DNA of 64,000 nt from the human T2T-CHM13v2.0 reference genome, Homo sapiens. Positions within the stretch are counted from its first letter, which is position 1, and the number at the start of each line of letters is the position of its first letter. Both the position numbers and the translations under genes were made by a program. Positions 39,889 to 55,860 of the stretch are shown here, in pieces. The notes beneath the pieces are model-generated. The model did no database searches and was not told the origin of the DNA. It saw only the letters and a program-made list of their open reading frames with translations. The stretch lies in assembly GCF_009914755.1 (NCBI RefSeq), contig NC_060947.1; one strand, given 5' to 3'.

Positions 39889-41314
39889 CTATGTTATTAG
39901 CTCCTTAAATTATAAGTCATTTCATTGCTTTCTCTGGACCTAGCATCTATCATTGCTCTTGTTTACATCTCAGTAAACATCTCAGTTTCAATCTGATTTA
40001 GATAAATGTGATTTTTTAAGCTGAAATTCCTAAATCAGTAGTAAGTGTGCAAATATTTTAAAGATTATTTGCCATATGTTATTTTAGATACTTATCCCTA
40101 TTTTTCTGCTTTTAATTAGAAAAAATAATTTATAAACTGGATGATGTTAAAATATATAAATAATTTATTAATTTCATTCATAAAATGAGCTCTAATATAT
40201 ATACTTCTTATATTTCTAGACTAATATACAGCCACATTCATCATTTTTTCCTAGTACATTAGTATTTTTATCTAAATTAATTTTCACCCGCTAATGAATA
40301 TTAGGAAGCACTATACATCATTAAAAGTATTTATTCCAAGATGATTTCCCCAAATGTGTTACTATGTAAACATACTCTGTTTACCCCTCCCTTTCCATCA
40401 AAAATAGCCTTAAGGCATCATGATAAAAATGATACTGTATTTATGGACAGGATAAATCAAACACAGTGAAGATGAAAGAATCAGATTAGGCATTCCATTT
40501 GCTTACTCAGTATGGTTTCTCTTATGCCCAGGTTTCCATCTTTACAGAACTTATTGGGCATGTTTCACCCACACTGCAATGTAACTGATTTTCTTTTCTC
40601 TGCCATCTGCTGTTCAGTTAATATGTGTTTGGATGTGTGTTTTATGCAAAATAACTAACAGTCTAACATTTTGGCACATTTTGCTCTTATGTCTTGACAA
40701 TGTCTGGGCATTTGTAGATAAAAGAGATATATTTTTGTTTTACATGTAAGTGAGTGAAAATCACTTTCCCCCACCCACCTCTCTAAAATGAGAAAACACT
40801 GAGAGGCTAAAAGGAAAGAGCCCACATTTAAAAAAGAAACAAACATTAAATCTTATTTCAGAGTGATTCAAATATTGATATCCAGTAGAAGCATATATGA
40901 ACAATTAGAGTGTCTTGGTTTTTATTTTTTTGAAACTTCACTAAACTGGACACTGGTGTATATAACCTGTTCTATCAGTTGTTGGAGATTTTCTCTACGT
41001 CTGAAAGTCTTTAGACCAGCCAATGACTACTTTCAATATTCTGAGGGAGTAACATGTCCTCCAAGGCACCAGGACATTACAAAAGGGAGAGCACATGTGA
41101 GGGAACGAGCCGGGTTCTCCACTTATGGTTGGCTCAATCATAGAACTTTTCTCTTGTAGTTAATACCTCTAATTCCATTGCTGTTTTCATAGTAACTCTG
41201 TGTAACACTTAGAAGCCTTTGCTCGACATTGTCACAAAGTAGCTCTAAAATGTGGATCTCATAGTCTATCTGGGCACATCTATTGGCATTTTTTCTGCCC
41301 TCCCTGCATTCTTA

Positions 41315-41315
<1 letters not shown>

Positions 41316-41357
<42 letters not shown>
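41316..41357. repeat. (CA)n microsatellite, about 21 units
   Basis: Direct reading. Confidence 0.95.
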
Positions 41358-41359
<2 letters not shown>

Positions 41360-41501
41360 CACATGCTTTCTCTGGGCTCTAATCAAAGCCTTTGTATAAT
41401 GAATTGCCTAGGGGAGAAGGAGAAAGTCACTGACCCCTCTCTCCTGAACTTGCACAGAGCCATATGACTACTCAAACATAGAAATAAAAATTTAGATTTG
41501 G

Positions 41502-41505
<4 letters not shown>

Positions 41506-41543
<38 letters not shown>

Positions 41544-41556
41544 TGTATGTGTGTGT
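41506..41556. repeat. (TG)n microsatellite with two interruptions
   Basis: Direct reading. Confidence 0.95.
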
Positions 41557-41594
41557 AGAGTTAGTGACCTAAATAGAAGTTTGCCTATTTCTTC

Positions 41595-42400
<806 letters not shown>

Positions 42401-44651
42401 TTTCTTTTTTTCAGTCCAAGAGCTGGCTTTGAATAACACATTGACATTGAAATATATATGGTTCCTAAGATCATGTAATTTTTTGAGATGTCAGAGACAC
42501 CTAGAGACAGCAAACACATTAAAGATAGATTCACAGTTCTAGTTTATATCCATGTCACAAACTGAACACTACTGAAGCTATTTTGTTATTGTTTGTTTTC
42601 CTCAAGCAGAAAATTTTCACAGGGCACATTTTTGTCTCTAACAAAGGAAAGAAAAGAAAAGAAATGTGTTCTTTGGAAGTAATGCCACTGTATTCAAATA
42701 GCTTCTTCCACATAAAGCTAAAAATGTCTTTCAGAGTTAAATAATGCAGTTTCATATTTAAGACATACATTAAATTGATACTAGGAAAAAAACACAAAAT
42801 CCACCAGTGACCCAGTAAAATTAGTAAATTCTTAATGTATGTATAAGTATATACACATACATACCTACACGTACACAGAAATGCATATATTTTAGGGAAA
42901 CCTTAAAAGAGAAAAGGAGTTGCTGAACAGCTTAGGAAATACAGTACAAACAAAAAGCAGTATTGTCTGCAAAAAAATTTTTGTTGCAAAAGTAATATTT
43001 TCCTTGTGGAAATTCTGGTCCAGAGTTGGGCTATTACCTATATTGAATAAATTCAGGGAAACATTCTGAAATGTTTGACTGCTATGATTGAAGTATTATA
43101 TTAAAGTACTTTATATCGTGAAATGCACTTGTTTTCAACCATGCAAACAGTTTTATTAAGTAGGAGGATATCAGGGTTAAGGTTAGGTTTACATGACCAT
43201 ATGAGAAAATTTATATAAGGTGATGGCATGAATGGATTCTGATCTTCAAACTAGACAACTAGAAGTTGGAATTCTAATGTCAGGGGTATCAAACAGCCCA
43301 CATGGAAAAGAAATGAGAGTCTTTAATAAGCAATTGGGTTAGAAAATATATAGTATTTCAATGTCATTATTTTATTTCAGAGTAACATGTCTGTCATTGA
43401 GATAGTTTACTGTAGGTTAAATTCAGTATGAGGTTGCCATGTACTTGCAAGGTTCTTAACCCTGTTTTAGAGATCATAAGACATAAAAGTGTGCAAAATA
43501 TATTCATTCTAGAATAGGGAGTTTCCTACACTAAACAACCAGCTTAAATAATATATTCAAGTGTTTTCATGAGAAAAAAATCAAAATACTTTTTATCAAG
43601 ATGTTAGTGCTTTCATTTTACCTGAATACTTATAGAATCTAGCATTATACAGCTGGAAGGAACCTTGCAGAATTTCTACTCAAATTGCTTTATTTTGTAT
43701 CTGCTGTGAGGGATGTAAATTCCACAGATCATCTTGTATATATATAAAAAGGGCTAAATCTCTTGCCTCAGTTCATAGATCTTTTGAATGCACAGAATTG
43801 GCTCTTATCTTTATTAGTAAACTTGATTTGGAAGACATTTCCTTTTTTGTTGCCACTTCTTTACCTCATTGGTGATTTTAGTTAAGTAAGCAAAGATAAA
43901 CAAGAAGTGGAAAAGCAGTATCAGCTGAATTGAAACCACTACTTAGATTGAAAAAGCATGATTGGACACTATCTATAATTCAGTATAATTCTCAAACCTA
44001 AAATGGGACATTTGAAAATAAGTGTAGGAAAAATACTTATAAAATGGGAAAAATGGAAATAAAATGTCCAAAGAATTCAGAAAATTATACTAAAGGGTCC
44101 AATCAAACCCAAATATGTACATATTCATTCCAAAACAACAGACATATCAGAAGTACCTGGTACCATAAAAATTAAAATACACACACACTCACAAAGACTG
44201 CACAATATAATGAGAAACATCGTCTCAGACACTTGGCATCACCATTTCTAAGTAATTTCATAACTGTATCCAGTTATTCTTGAATCTGTAGTAATATTTC
44301 TTAAACTCCTTTTTGCCCTAGCTCTGTCACTGTTCAATAAAACTAGATTCCCCAGGGACCTTCCCTTTGGCAAAATTCACACTGAGTACAGTTTTTGTTT
44401 CATTGATATTTGTAGTAAAATCATCCTTTATAATCATTGAAACTGTTAGCACAGACTGCAGGATCTGATAGTTTGCTCTGTAGTTAGATATTTCCAGAAT
44501 ATCCTATATTTGGGGGGAGTATATCAAGGCCAAGCATATTCGGACTAAAGGAATGTCCACTGAACCAACAAGAATGTTAAGGGAGCCTTGTTAAAGTACT
44601 GTCCTGATCTCGATCCGATTGGCTAAGAGGAAGTCTTCCTGTCCTTGCTCC

Positions 44652-44685
44652 TTGTACTTCTTACTGCTTTGTACTTCTTACTGCT
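44652..44685. repeat. 17-bp tandem duplication
   Basis: TTGTACTTCTTACTGCT x2. Confidence 0.9.
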
Positions 44686-44944
44686 GCCATGCAACCTGAT
44701 CTCCATTTTATCAAGGAGCCTATATACTTCAACTGCCTATTAGATTTCACTATCCCAGTATTTCACAGATACCACAAACTCAATTTGTCTAAAACTAGTC
44801 ATTATTCTCTGCCCCCAAAATAGTGCTCCCTTACTTGTTTCTCAAGTTCTGATAAAACACAAGCTCACACAAAACATACTAAGAGTCACCCAGGCTGTAA
44901 AACTCAAGGGGTATTGTCAATATTCCCCTCTCTCTAGCCACTAA

Positions 44945-45288
<344 letters not shown>

Positions 45289-45604
45289 CATATTTCTTAT
45301 ATCTATCCCCTGCTTTCCATTTGCAGTACTGTTCTGTTAGCTTCCCAGATGCTCTCCCTATGTCCAATCTCTCATCTCTCCAAATTATCCTTCTCCTGTT
45401 GCCAAACTAGATTCCTAAAAACAGGTAAGGTCATGTTACTCCTCTGATTAAAAATATTGATAACTCATCACCTGCAAAGGAAACTTGAAAACATTAACAT
45501 GCATTTCATTCCTTTTCAGGCTTATCCCCTCTATAGCTCCCTGCTTGTGCAAGCTACCTTATCTCAGAATAGTTCCAGTTCCTTAACAGTTCTAGATACA
45601 TTGA

Positions 45605-45943
<339 letters not shown>

Positions 45944-46132
45944 TCATGCTATTTTCATTGCCTGGAGTGTCTTCTCTCTGGATAGAAAAATCCTTTCCAT
46001 ACCTCAAGATGGAATTTGGAAGTTACTTCCTTGTGAAACTTCCTAATGATTCCAAAGTCAGGCCTTTCTATGTGAAATTTATTTTACCACATGCTAGTTT
46101 AAAAAAACAAAACAAAACAAAAAAAAAAACAG

Positions 46133-46429
46133 AGCAGGCACGGTGGCTCACGCCTGTAATCCCAGCACTTTGAGAGGCTGAGGCGGGTGGATCACAAGGT
46201 CAGGAGTTTGAGACCAGCCTGGCCAACATAGTGAAACGCCGTCTCTATTAAAAATACAAAAAATAGTCGGGTGTGGTGGCAGGCGCCTGTAATCCCAGCT
46301 CTTCAGGAGACTGAGGCAGGAGAATCCCGTGAATCTGGGAGGCGGAGGTTGCAGTGAGCCGAGAACGCACCACTGCACTCCAGCCGAGGCGACAGTGCAA
46401 GACTTCGTCTCAAAAAACAAAAACAAAAC

Positions 46430-46457
<28 letters not shown>
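46133..46457 (+). mobile_element. AluS
   Basis: Alu consensus, long A tail. Confidence 0.93.
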
Positions 46458-46462
<5 letters not shown>

Positions 46463-46549
46463 AGCAAACTATGGGCTAAACATGCTGGTTTAAAACAGTT
46501 TTGTCTGAATCCACCACATACTATCTAGATGGCGATGAAAAAGTTAGTT

Positions 46550-46695
46550 GGTCTCCCTGAGGCTAATTTCATCATGTGTAAAATGTAGTTAATAATAGCA
46601 TATATAGGCCATTGTGGGGGTTAAATAAGACAAAGCTTGTTAAGCATTTAGTTCAATGCCTGCTTCCTTGTAAGAGTTCAATAAACATTAGTTTC
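46550..46695 (+). mobile_element. MIR
   Basis: TTTCATCATGTGTAAAATG...TTAAATAAGA...AAGCATTTAG...TCAATAAACATTAG. Confidence 0.6.
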
Positions 46696-47269
46696 TGCTA
46701 CTGAGGCTCTGCTGTTACTTATCGTCTCCTAACACTAGTTTATAAATTCAGTGAGGGTTAGGAACCATGTCTTATCACTTTACTTTCTTTTTCTCTATTT
46801 AATCTCTAGCAGTTTCTTATATATTATCGCAGCATGATAAATGATGCTGAGAACTGAGTGTGAGGTAGGGCTTGGGGTAGGACCTTATCTAATTAACATC
46901 TGTGTATGCCTACCATGAATATTAAATAATAATACTGACATTCCAAAATATACACATCAATCTCAAAAATGTTTAACCATAACTCCTGTATTCCGGTAAA
47001 CACAACTATATGGCAATCTTAATAGTTATGTATTGCCTAACACCTGTTATTTTTTAACTGCCTTTGATTCTGTGTAACATTCTCAATAATTTATCAAATG
47101 TACTTTAATTGGATATTTACATACTGCATACTCTTCTCATTAGTAGGAACTAGCAAATAGACTTACTATCATTTAGATTGTATTCTATGCTTCATTTAAA
47201 TTAGTCTGAGAGTTTTTGGTTGTTGTTAGTGTGTATGTATGTGTTTTAATTTAGGCACCATTTTTTATA

Positions 47270-47668
47270 CCTTAAGCAAAGGAAATCTGATCCTACCACT
47301 TCTTTGTTTAAACCTTGTCAATGACTTACGTTTTGGGCAAGAAAGAGTTTTAAATGCTTAATAGATCTATAGAATCTGGTTCCTGCTTACCTCAGGAACC
47401 ATCTCCTTCCTCACTCCCACTTAACTCCGTAGTCTCTAGTATTCTAGGCCTTTTTCATCTTCTTTGTGTTCCTAGAATATTTAATATCCTTCCAAGCCTT
47501 CCCTCATACTACCACAATACTCCTTGTGGCTCTTACCATCCAGGTTTGAGTTTTAGTGCGTCATCTTTCAAGAAGCATTTCCAGACTCATGGCCTACCCC
47601 TGTCCCCCACAAGTCTATTAAGTCTCCCAAATATACATTCTTATAACAACTTAAGCTTTGCAGTCACA

Positions 47669-47701
<33 letters not shown>

Positions 47702-48182
47702 TTGAGACGGAGTCTCGCTCTGTCACCCAGGCTGGAATGCAGTGGCACGATCTTGGCTCACTGTAAGCTCCGCCTCCCGGGTTCACGCCGGTTCTCCTGC
47801 CTCAGCCTCCCGAGTAGCTGGGACTACAGGCGCCCGCCACCACGCCCGGCTAATTTTTTTTTTGTATTTTTAGTAGAGATGGGGTTTCACCATGTTAGCC
47901 AGGATGGTCTCGATCTCCTGATCTCGTGATCCGCCCGCCTCGGCCTCCCAAAGTGCTGGTATTACAGTTGTGAGCCACAGCTCCCAGCCTGCAGTCACAC
48001 TTTTCAAATTGCAATTTAAAAAATGTTTTGTATTTGTTTAATGTATATTTTCCCCACTCAACTGACATCTCCTTGGAAAGCAGTAACCTTGTCTGAATAT
48101 TCACTACTCCGTCATCAGCACCTAGAAGATACCTGGCACATAGTAGGCATTTAATCAAAATGTTTGAATAAATGAGTGAAGA
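47270..48182 (+). mobile_element. L2 3' end interrupted by an AluY
   Basis: Ends CCTGGCACATAGTAGGCATTTAATCAAAATGTTTGAATAAATGAGTGAA. Confidence 0.7.
47670..47989 (-). mobile_element. AluY
   Basis: TSD TGCAGTCACACTTTTC. Confidence 0.95.
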
Positions 48183-48737
48183 AATCACTCTGCTGGGTGA
48201 CTAAGGATGCAAAGCTAAACTCTGTCTTCGAAGGAAGGATAAAAAGACAGACACATAAAAGACAAGAGAGTGAATAAAGAAAGTGGGTAGAGAAAATTAA
48301 GAGTGCTGAGTGTACTTCTTATCTCTCTAATAACTACCACATTTGTGACTTTAACAGGAGGCTTATTTAAAAGCATTTTTTTTTATCCTAGCTGACTCAG
48401 ACCATTTATGGAAAAGTGGGGTCATTGCAGAATGTTTTTATCTTTCTGGTAGCATAATTACCTCCTCTATGTTAAAAACTGAGGACTTTGGTTCAAAATA
48501 CTCACCACTGACTATACTATCTTTGTTATATTATTTAAATGTCCTATGCCTCGATTTTCTTTCTTTCTTTTCTTTTTTTTTTTTTATTTTAACAAGATCT
48601 ACTCTTTAGGTAGTGAGAGAGCACTAAGAAAATGGCTACTCCAATGGGGCAGGAGGTAAAAAAGAGAAGCAGGGGTACTTGATATACTTCGGATAGTACA
48701 AATCTGGTGATTCTGATCCCCAGAAGGGATTATGGAC

Positions 48738-49097
48738 TGATATGGTTTGTCTGTGTCCCCACCCAAATGTCATCTTGAATTGTAGTCCCCATAATCTCCA
48801 CGTGTCATGGGAGGGACCCATTGGGAAGTGATTGGATCATGGGGACAGTTTCCTCCATGCTGTTTTCATGATAGTGAGTTCTCATGAGATCTGATGGTTT
48901 TATCACTGTCTGGCATTTCCCCTGCTGGCATTCATTCCCTCCCCTGCCACCCTGTGAAGAGGCGCCTTCCACCATGATTGTAAGTTTCCTGAGGACTCCC
49001 CAGCCATGTGAGACTGTGGGTCAATTAAACCTCTTTCCTTTATAAATTACCCAGTCTCAGGTATTTCTTCATACCAACATGAGAACAGACTAATACA
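48738..49097 (+). mobile_element. Solo THE1 (MaLR) LTR, THE1C-like
   Basis: TGATATGGTTTG...GACTAATACA, 360 bp, perfect 5-bp TSD TGGAC. Confidence 0.9.
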
Positions 49098-49315
49098 TGG
49101 ACGTAACCCCACATTGGGTGTCAGAATAACGGAAAAGGTGTAAAAGTGAGGTGACTGATTCTCCTCTGGAAGGTTTGCAGGGAGGCTGTCCTAGTGGGCT
49201 GCCACCAGGATAGTTGCTACTCACCTGTGTCCTGGCCTGGTCCTGGCTGAGTCCTCACCCAAACTGCTCTGATGGGTGGCAGTAATGATAGCCATGCCTC
49301 AGTTTTATAATCTGA

Positions 49316-49613
<298 letters not shown>

Positions 49614-50672
49614 TATAATCTGATTTTTAACAGAATTTTTTTAGTCTATATCTTGAACTATTTTAAAGTATTATGTTGAACCCAAATGAAAATTAATACA
49701 TGCATTCCATATTATCCTTGTTAATGCTTCATATTTGTAAATACTTGTCAATGCATATTCATCACATAATGTGTGGTTTGTAAGTTTCACATATTTTAAT
49801 ATTATTTTTAAAGTACATTTCTTTGAAATGTTAATAATTTCTAACTAAAAATTATCCAAATTAAATGGAAAAATTCATGTTTTGTTTTTAGCATTAAGAG
49901 GAATCTTTTCTGACAGGTTTTAAAAAGTGGAAATGCTGTCTATATTTTAATAGATTGTATATTTGTGACTTCCTTTTATTTAAATGGGTAATTATGCCAG
50001 GTTGTTAACTAAAGCTTGTGTGAAGGTTAAGTGGATCTCAAGTTGATTTTTCCATGTTCTTCAACAATCCAGCAGTAATGATATTTAATATTTCAGGCTT
50101 TTAAAATGAAAATTATAAGTAACTAAGGTACTACCTATGAAGATGAAAAATTGTAGCAACTGATTTGACTCAAGTATCTATGAGCTCTATAAACTCTTCA
50201 TTTCCCAGTGCTCTGCTAATGCTTATTCTAATTCTAATGGAACATGTTTTTTGTGGTAACAATTACTCCTTACATCAAAATTAAGTAAAATGATAAACAG
50301 TTTTCTACACATAGCATTGATGAAGTGATCCTACTTTACCAATAGGATCAGTTAGAGGGCAAGGGGGTATAACACCTGCCTTCAGCTACCTGAAATAGTC
50401 AAAACCAATATAAATGTACATTAAAGTATAAAGGAAATAACTTACTTTCTATTTTGGTATAAGCTTATGGAGGAATTACAACTATCTCAGGTTGAATTTT
50501 AAGTCCATACTGTTAGTATATTACTAAGGAATATAATCTAGAAATTCATATATAGTCACACAAAAACATGAGTGATAAAAGCTTTAAGAGAATTCTATAT
50601 AGTGCATAAATACCCCAGTAATTCTGATCACTGCTTCCCTAGATGAGATTCCCTAGATAAAAATGCTTTGTG

Positions 50673-50980
50673 GGCTGGGTGCAGTGGCTCACTCCTGTAA
50701 TCCCAGCACTGAGAGGCCTGGGTGGGCAAATCACTTGAGGTCAGGAAGGAGTTCGAGACTAACCTAACCAACATGATGAAACCCCATCTCTACTAAAAAT
50801 AAAGAAATTAGCTGGGCATGGTGCTGGCCACCTGTAATCCCGGCTACATGGGAGGCTGAGACAAGAGAATCACTTGAACCTGTGAGGCAGAGGTTGCAGC
50901 GAGCCGAGATCACGCCACTGCCCTCCAGCATGGGAGATAGAGTGAGATTCTATCTCAAAAGAAAAAAAAAGGAAATAAAA
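50673..50980 (+). mobile_element. AluS
   Basis: TSD ATAAAAATGC(T/G)TTGTG. Confidence 0.93.
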
Positions 50981-52017
50981 ATGCGTTGTGGGACTTATGA
51001 TAAATGTTTTATAAATTAACTTTCCAGATTCATGACTGAGACCAAACTGATTTCAAATTAATAACATTTTCAAAACATTAGCATTTTACCTTGCAGTGTT
51101 TTAAAATGCTGCACACATTTTAGTTTATAAACCCCACAAAGAACACTTCTGTTAGGGAGAAGATGATGTGATTTTAGCTTACAGTTATCTTAAATAACTT
51201 CATGCTTGAAAAATCAGAAATATTTGTCTTTGTAGAACAAGGAATTTGAAAGGGGACTAGTAAAAGGAAAATTGCATTGAATTTCTTATTTTCCTCTCAT
51301 ACTTGCCAAGTTTATATGTATTAGATATGTCCCACTTCACTGCCATAAGGTTATATTTATTTTAGGTTATAAATTACTCTGAATTACCTTCATCTTGGAA
51401 GGTCCATTGTTTTCCCAGAGTTCTTCTCTTTAAATATTTCAAGGACTTCCAAAGTTGCTTAAACAGATGGGAAGAGGTCACTCTACATTTTGATCCTGGA
51501 ATAGTCTAATCATCCTCCCCAGAGTGTCCTGTTCTTTGAAGCTTTTGTAGTTGTTGTCACTCTCTCCTGTGGCACCAAATGCCAGGAAATCTGGGTATTC
51601 AGGAGCAAATGCCCTTTGGCTGCTGATCGTACCAGTGCCTTCAGTAGTTTCTCAGGGAACTGTGTTAGGAGAGGTTCTAGCATTAGTTATATAGTGTGTC
51701 CATAACCAGCTTTCCCGTGTCACCCTAAATATGGCCATAGGCTTCTCCCTCAGTGCTGCCAAAACACAACTAAGGGCAGGCTGCCTGGCCGAGTCACACC
51801 AATCATAATGGTCTACAATACACTTTCTTAAGTCTCAGTTATATTCAGTCTTAACCCCAAGTGAGGAGTAACAGTAACCCAGATCAAATCTCTACTGATG
51901 AAACAAGCTTTCTCCTCCTTCTCCATAGACAAGGTCCTGTTAAAGATATACCCACTTTATATTATAAATAGAAATCTACAGGTAGCTGTAAAGATACCTT
52001 GTATCTCTACGACATGA

Positions 52018-52407
<390 letters not shown>

Positions 52408-52487
52408 TAAAATGCATTTTATAGTAAGTTTTTTTTTTTTTTTTTTTTTGTGAGGCATCCCACTACATACATTTAAGTCTTATTTCT

Positions 52488-52802
52488 ACTGGGTATGGTG
52501 GTAGATGCCTGTAGGCCCAGCTACTCAGAAGACTGAGATGAGAGGATTGCTTGAGCCCGGGAGTTCTGGGCTATAATGCGCTAGGCTGATTGGGCATCTG
52601 CACTAAGGTCCACATTAACATGGTGACCTTTCAGTAACGGGGGACCACTAGGTTGCTTAAGCAGGGGTTACCTAGCCCAGGTCAGAAACAAAGTAGGTAA
52701 AAACTCTCATGCTGATCAGTAGTGGAATTGCACCTGTGAATAGCCACCACACTCCAGCCTTGGCAACATAACAAGATTCTGTCTCTTAGAAAAAAATAAA
52801 AA
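52488..52802 (+). pseudogene. Full-length diverged 7SL (SRP RNA) retropseudogene
   Basis: Alu-domain ends plus the S domain that Alus lack (GAGTTCTGGGCT...CTGCACTAAG...GGGGACCACTAGGTTGCTTAAG...TGCTGATCAGTAGTGG). A-rich tail; TSD-like AAGTCTTATTT/AAGACTTATTT. Confidence 0.9.
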
Positions 52803-52887
52803 GACTTATTTTCTTTAAACCGTATTCTTAATTTCTATTCTCTAATATAGGAGATAAACAAAATGGCCAGTTTTAAATTTTATCTAT

Positions 52888-53416
52888 TGTATTAGGGTTC
52901 TCCAGAGAAAAAGAATATATATATATTTCTTTTTTATATAAAATAAGAATATTTTATACATCTATATATAGAGAGAGAGAATTATGGAGGCTGAGACATC
53001 TTGTCATCTAACCTCCAAGCTTCTGCAAGCTAAAAAACCAGGAAAACTGATGGTATAGTTCCAATACAAATCCACAGGCCTGAGAACCAGGGGAGCCAAT
53101 TGTTTATGCCCCAGTCCCAGTCCCTTGGCCCAAAAACCAGGAATGTCAATGTCCCAGGGCAAGAGATGATAGACGGCTCAGCTCCAGAAGAGAGAGAGAG
53201 CATTCACCCTTCTCCACTTTGGTGTTTTATCTTGGCCCTCAACAAATTGGATCATTTCCCACCCTCATTGAGGAGGGTGATCTTCTTTACTCAGTCTACT
53301 GATTCACATGCAAATTCTTCCAGAAACACCCTCACAGTCACACCCAGAGACAATGTTTCACCAGCTATCTGGACATCCTTTAACTCAGTCAAATTGACAT
53401 AAAATTAACTATTACA
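52888..53416 (-). mobile_element. Solo MLT2 (ERV-L) LTR
   Basis: TGTATTAGGGTTCTCCAGAGA...CAGTCAAATTGACATAAAATTAACTATTACA; TSD TCTAT/TCTAC. Confidence 0.8.
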
Positions 53417-54054
53417 TCTACTAAAATATCTACTAGAGCAACATTCAGGTCTAAAGACACAAACTTAATTTAGGCTGACCATCATTCTACTGATAAACAT
53501 ATTCACTATTACATATATAGCTTTAAAATAAATATGATTGAAGCCAACCTTGTTATTAAAATGTATTTAAGATGTTCAGATTGATGAAACGAGGGGATTA
53601 AAATGCGTTCTCAAATACAATGAAATAGTACTGTAAAAATATTCTCAGTAAATGAGTTTTGCTGTGAAATTGGTTTAAGATTCATAAAAGGGATTTCAGG
53701 TTTTTAAGTACTCAAGTCAGCCCATGACCCAGCCTTCAGTGGTGTCATCCTATGCAGTGTTAGAATGAGCCTTTACTCCTTCAACAAATATTTCTTAAGA
53801 ACTGTATAGCTTACTGGTTAAGAACATGGGTTCTGGAGGCACACTCAGTTTATTTCCATTTTTGTGACATACTAGCTGTGTGACCTTATGCAATTATTTT
53901 TTTATCTCAGAAAGCTGTTGTGAAGATGAAATGAGTTAGTCCATGGGAAGTCTTCCACAGCGGCTCACACAATTTATTTTTTAAAAAGGTTAGGTACAGT
54001 TACATTGTCGTTATTGTTGATTTTCATTTCTTTTGTTACTGCTACTATTTCTTC

Positions 54055-55331
<1,277 letters not shown>

Positions 55332-55675
55332 CTATATGAAAAGAACTAGATATCATGCCATGGACTATTACAGTGTCTACATTCTAACCCTAAATGGATG
55401 ACTGCCTTTTATCTAGCTCCCACAACTCTAAAATTTGAATGGTAATATTGCTCTGCCTTTTTGAAAAGGTTGTTATAAAGAATATGGGATATAATGGAAG
55501 GAAAGGTATATAATAAGTGATAAAGTCTTATACACATGCAAATCGATGGTGGTAGAATTATTTGTACTATTAGATTATAAACTTCTTCAGGGTAGAGATT
55601 AAGGCTTTAATGATCATTCTATCGACCACAATGCTTAGCATGATACCACCCCAGTATCTTGTATTTAGTGGCTTA

Positions 55676-55860
<185 letters not shown>

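Noticed and set aside
46521-46537. CTAGATGGCG CTCF-like core
   Set aside because: Lacks the upstream CC bases of the motif
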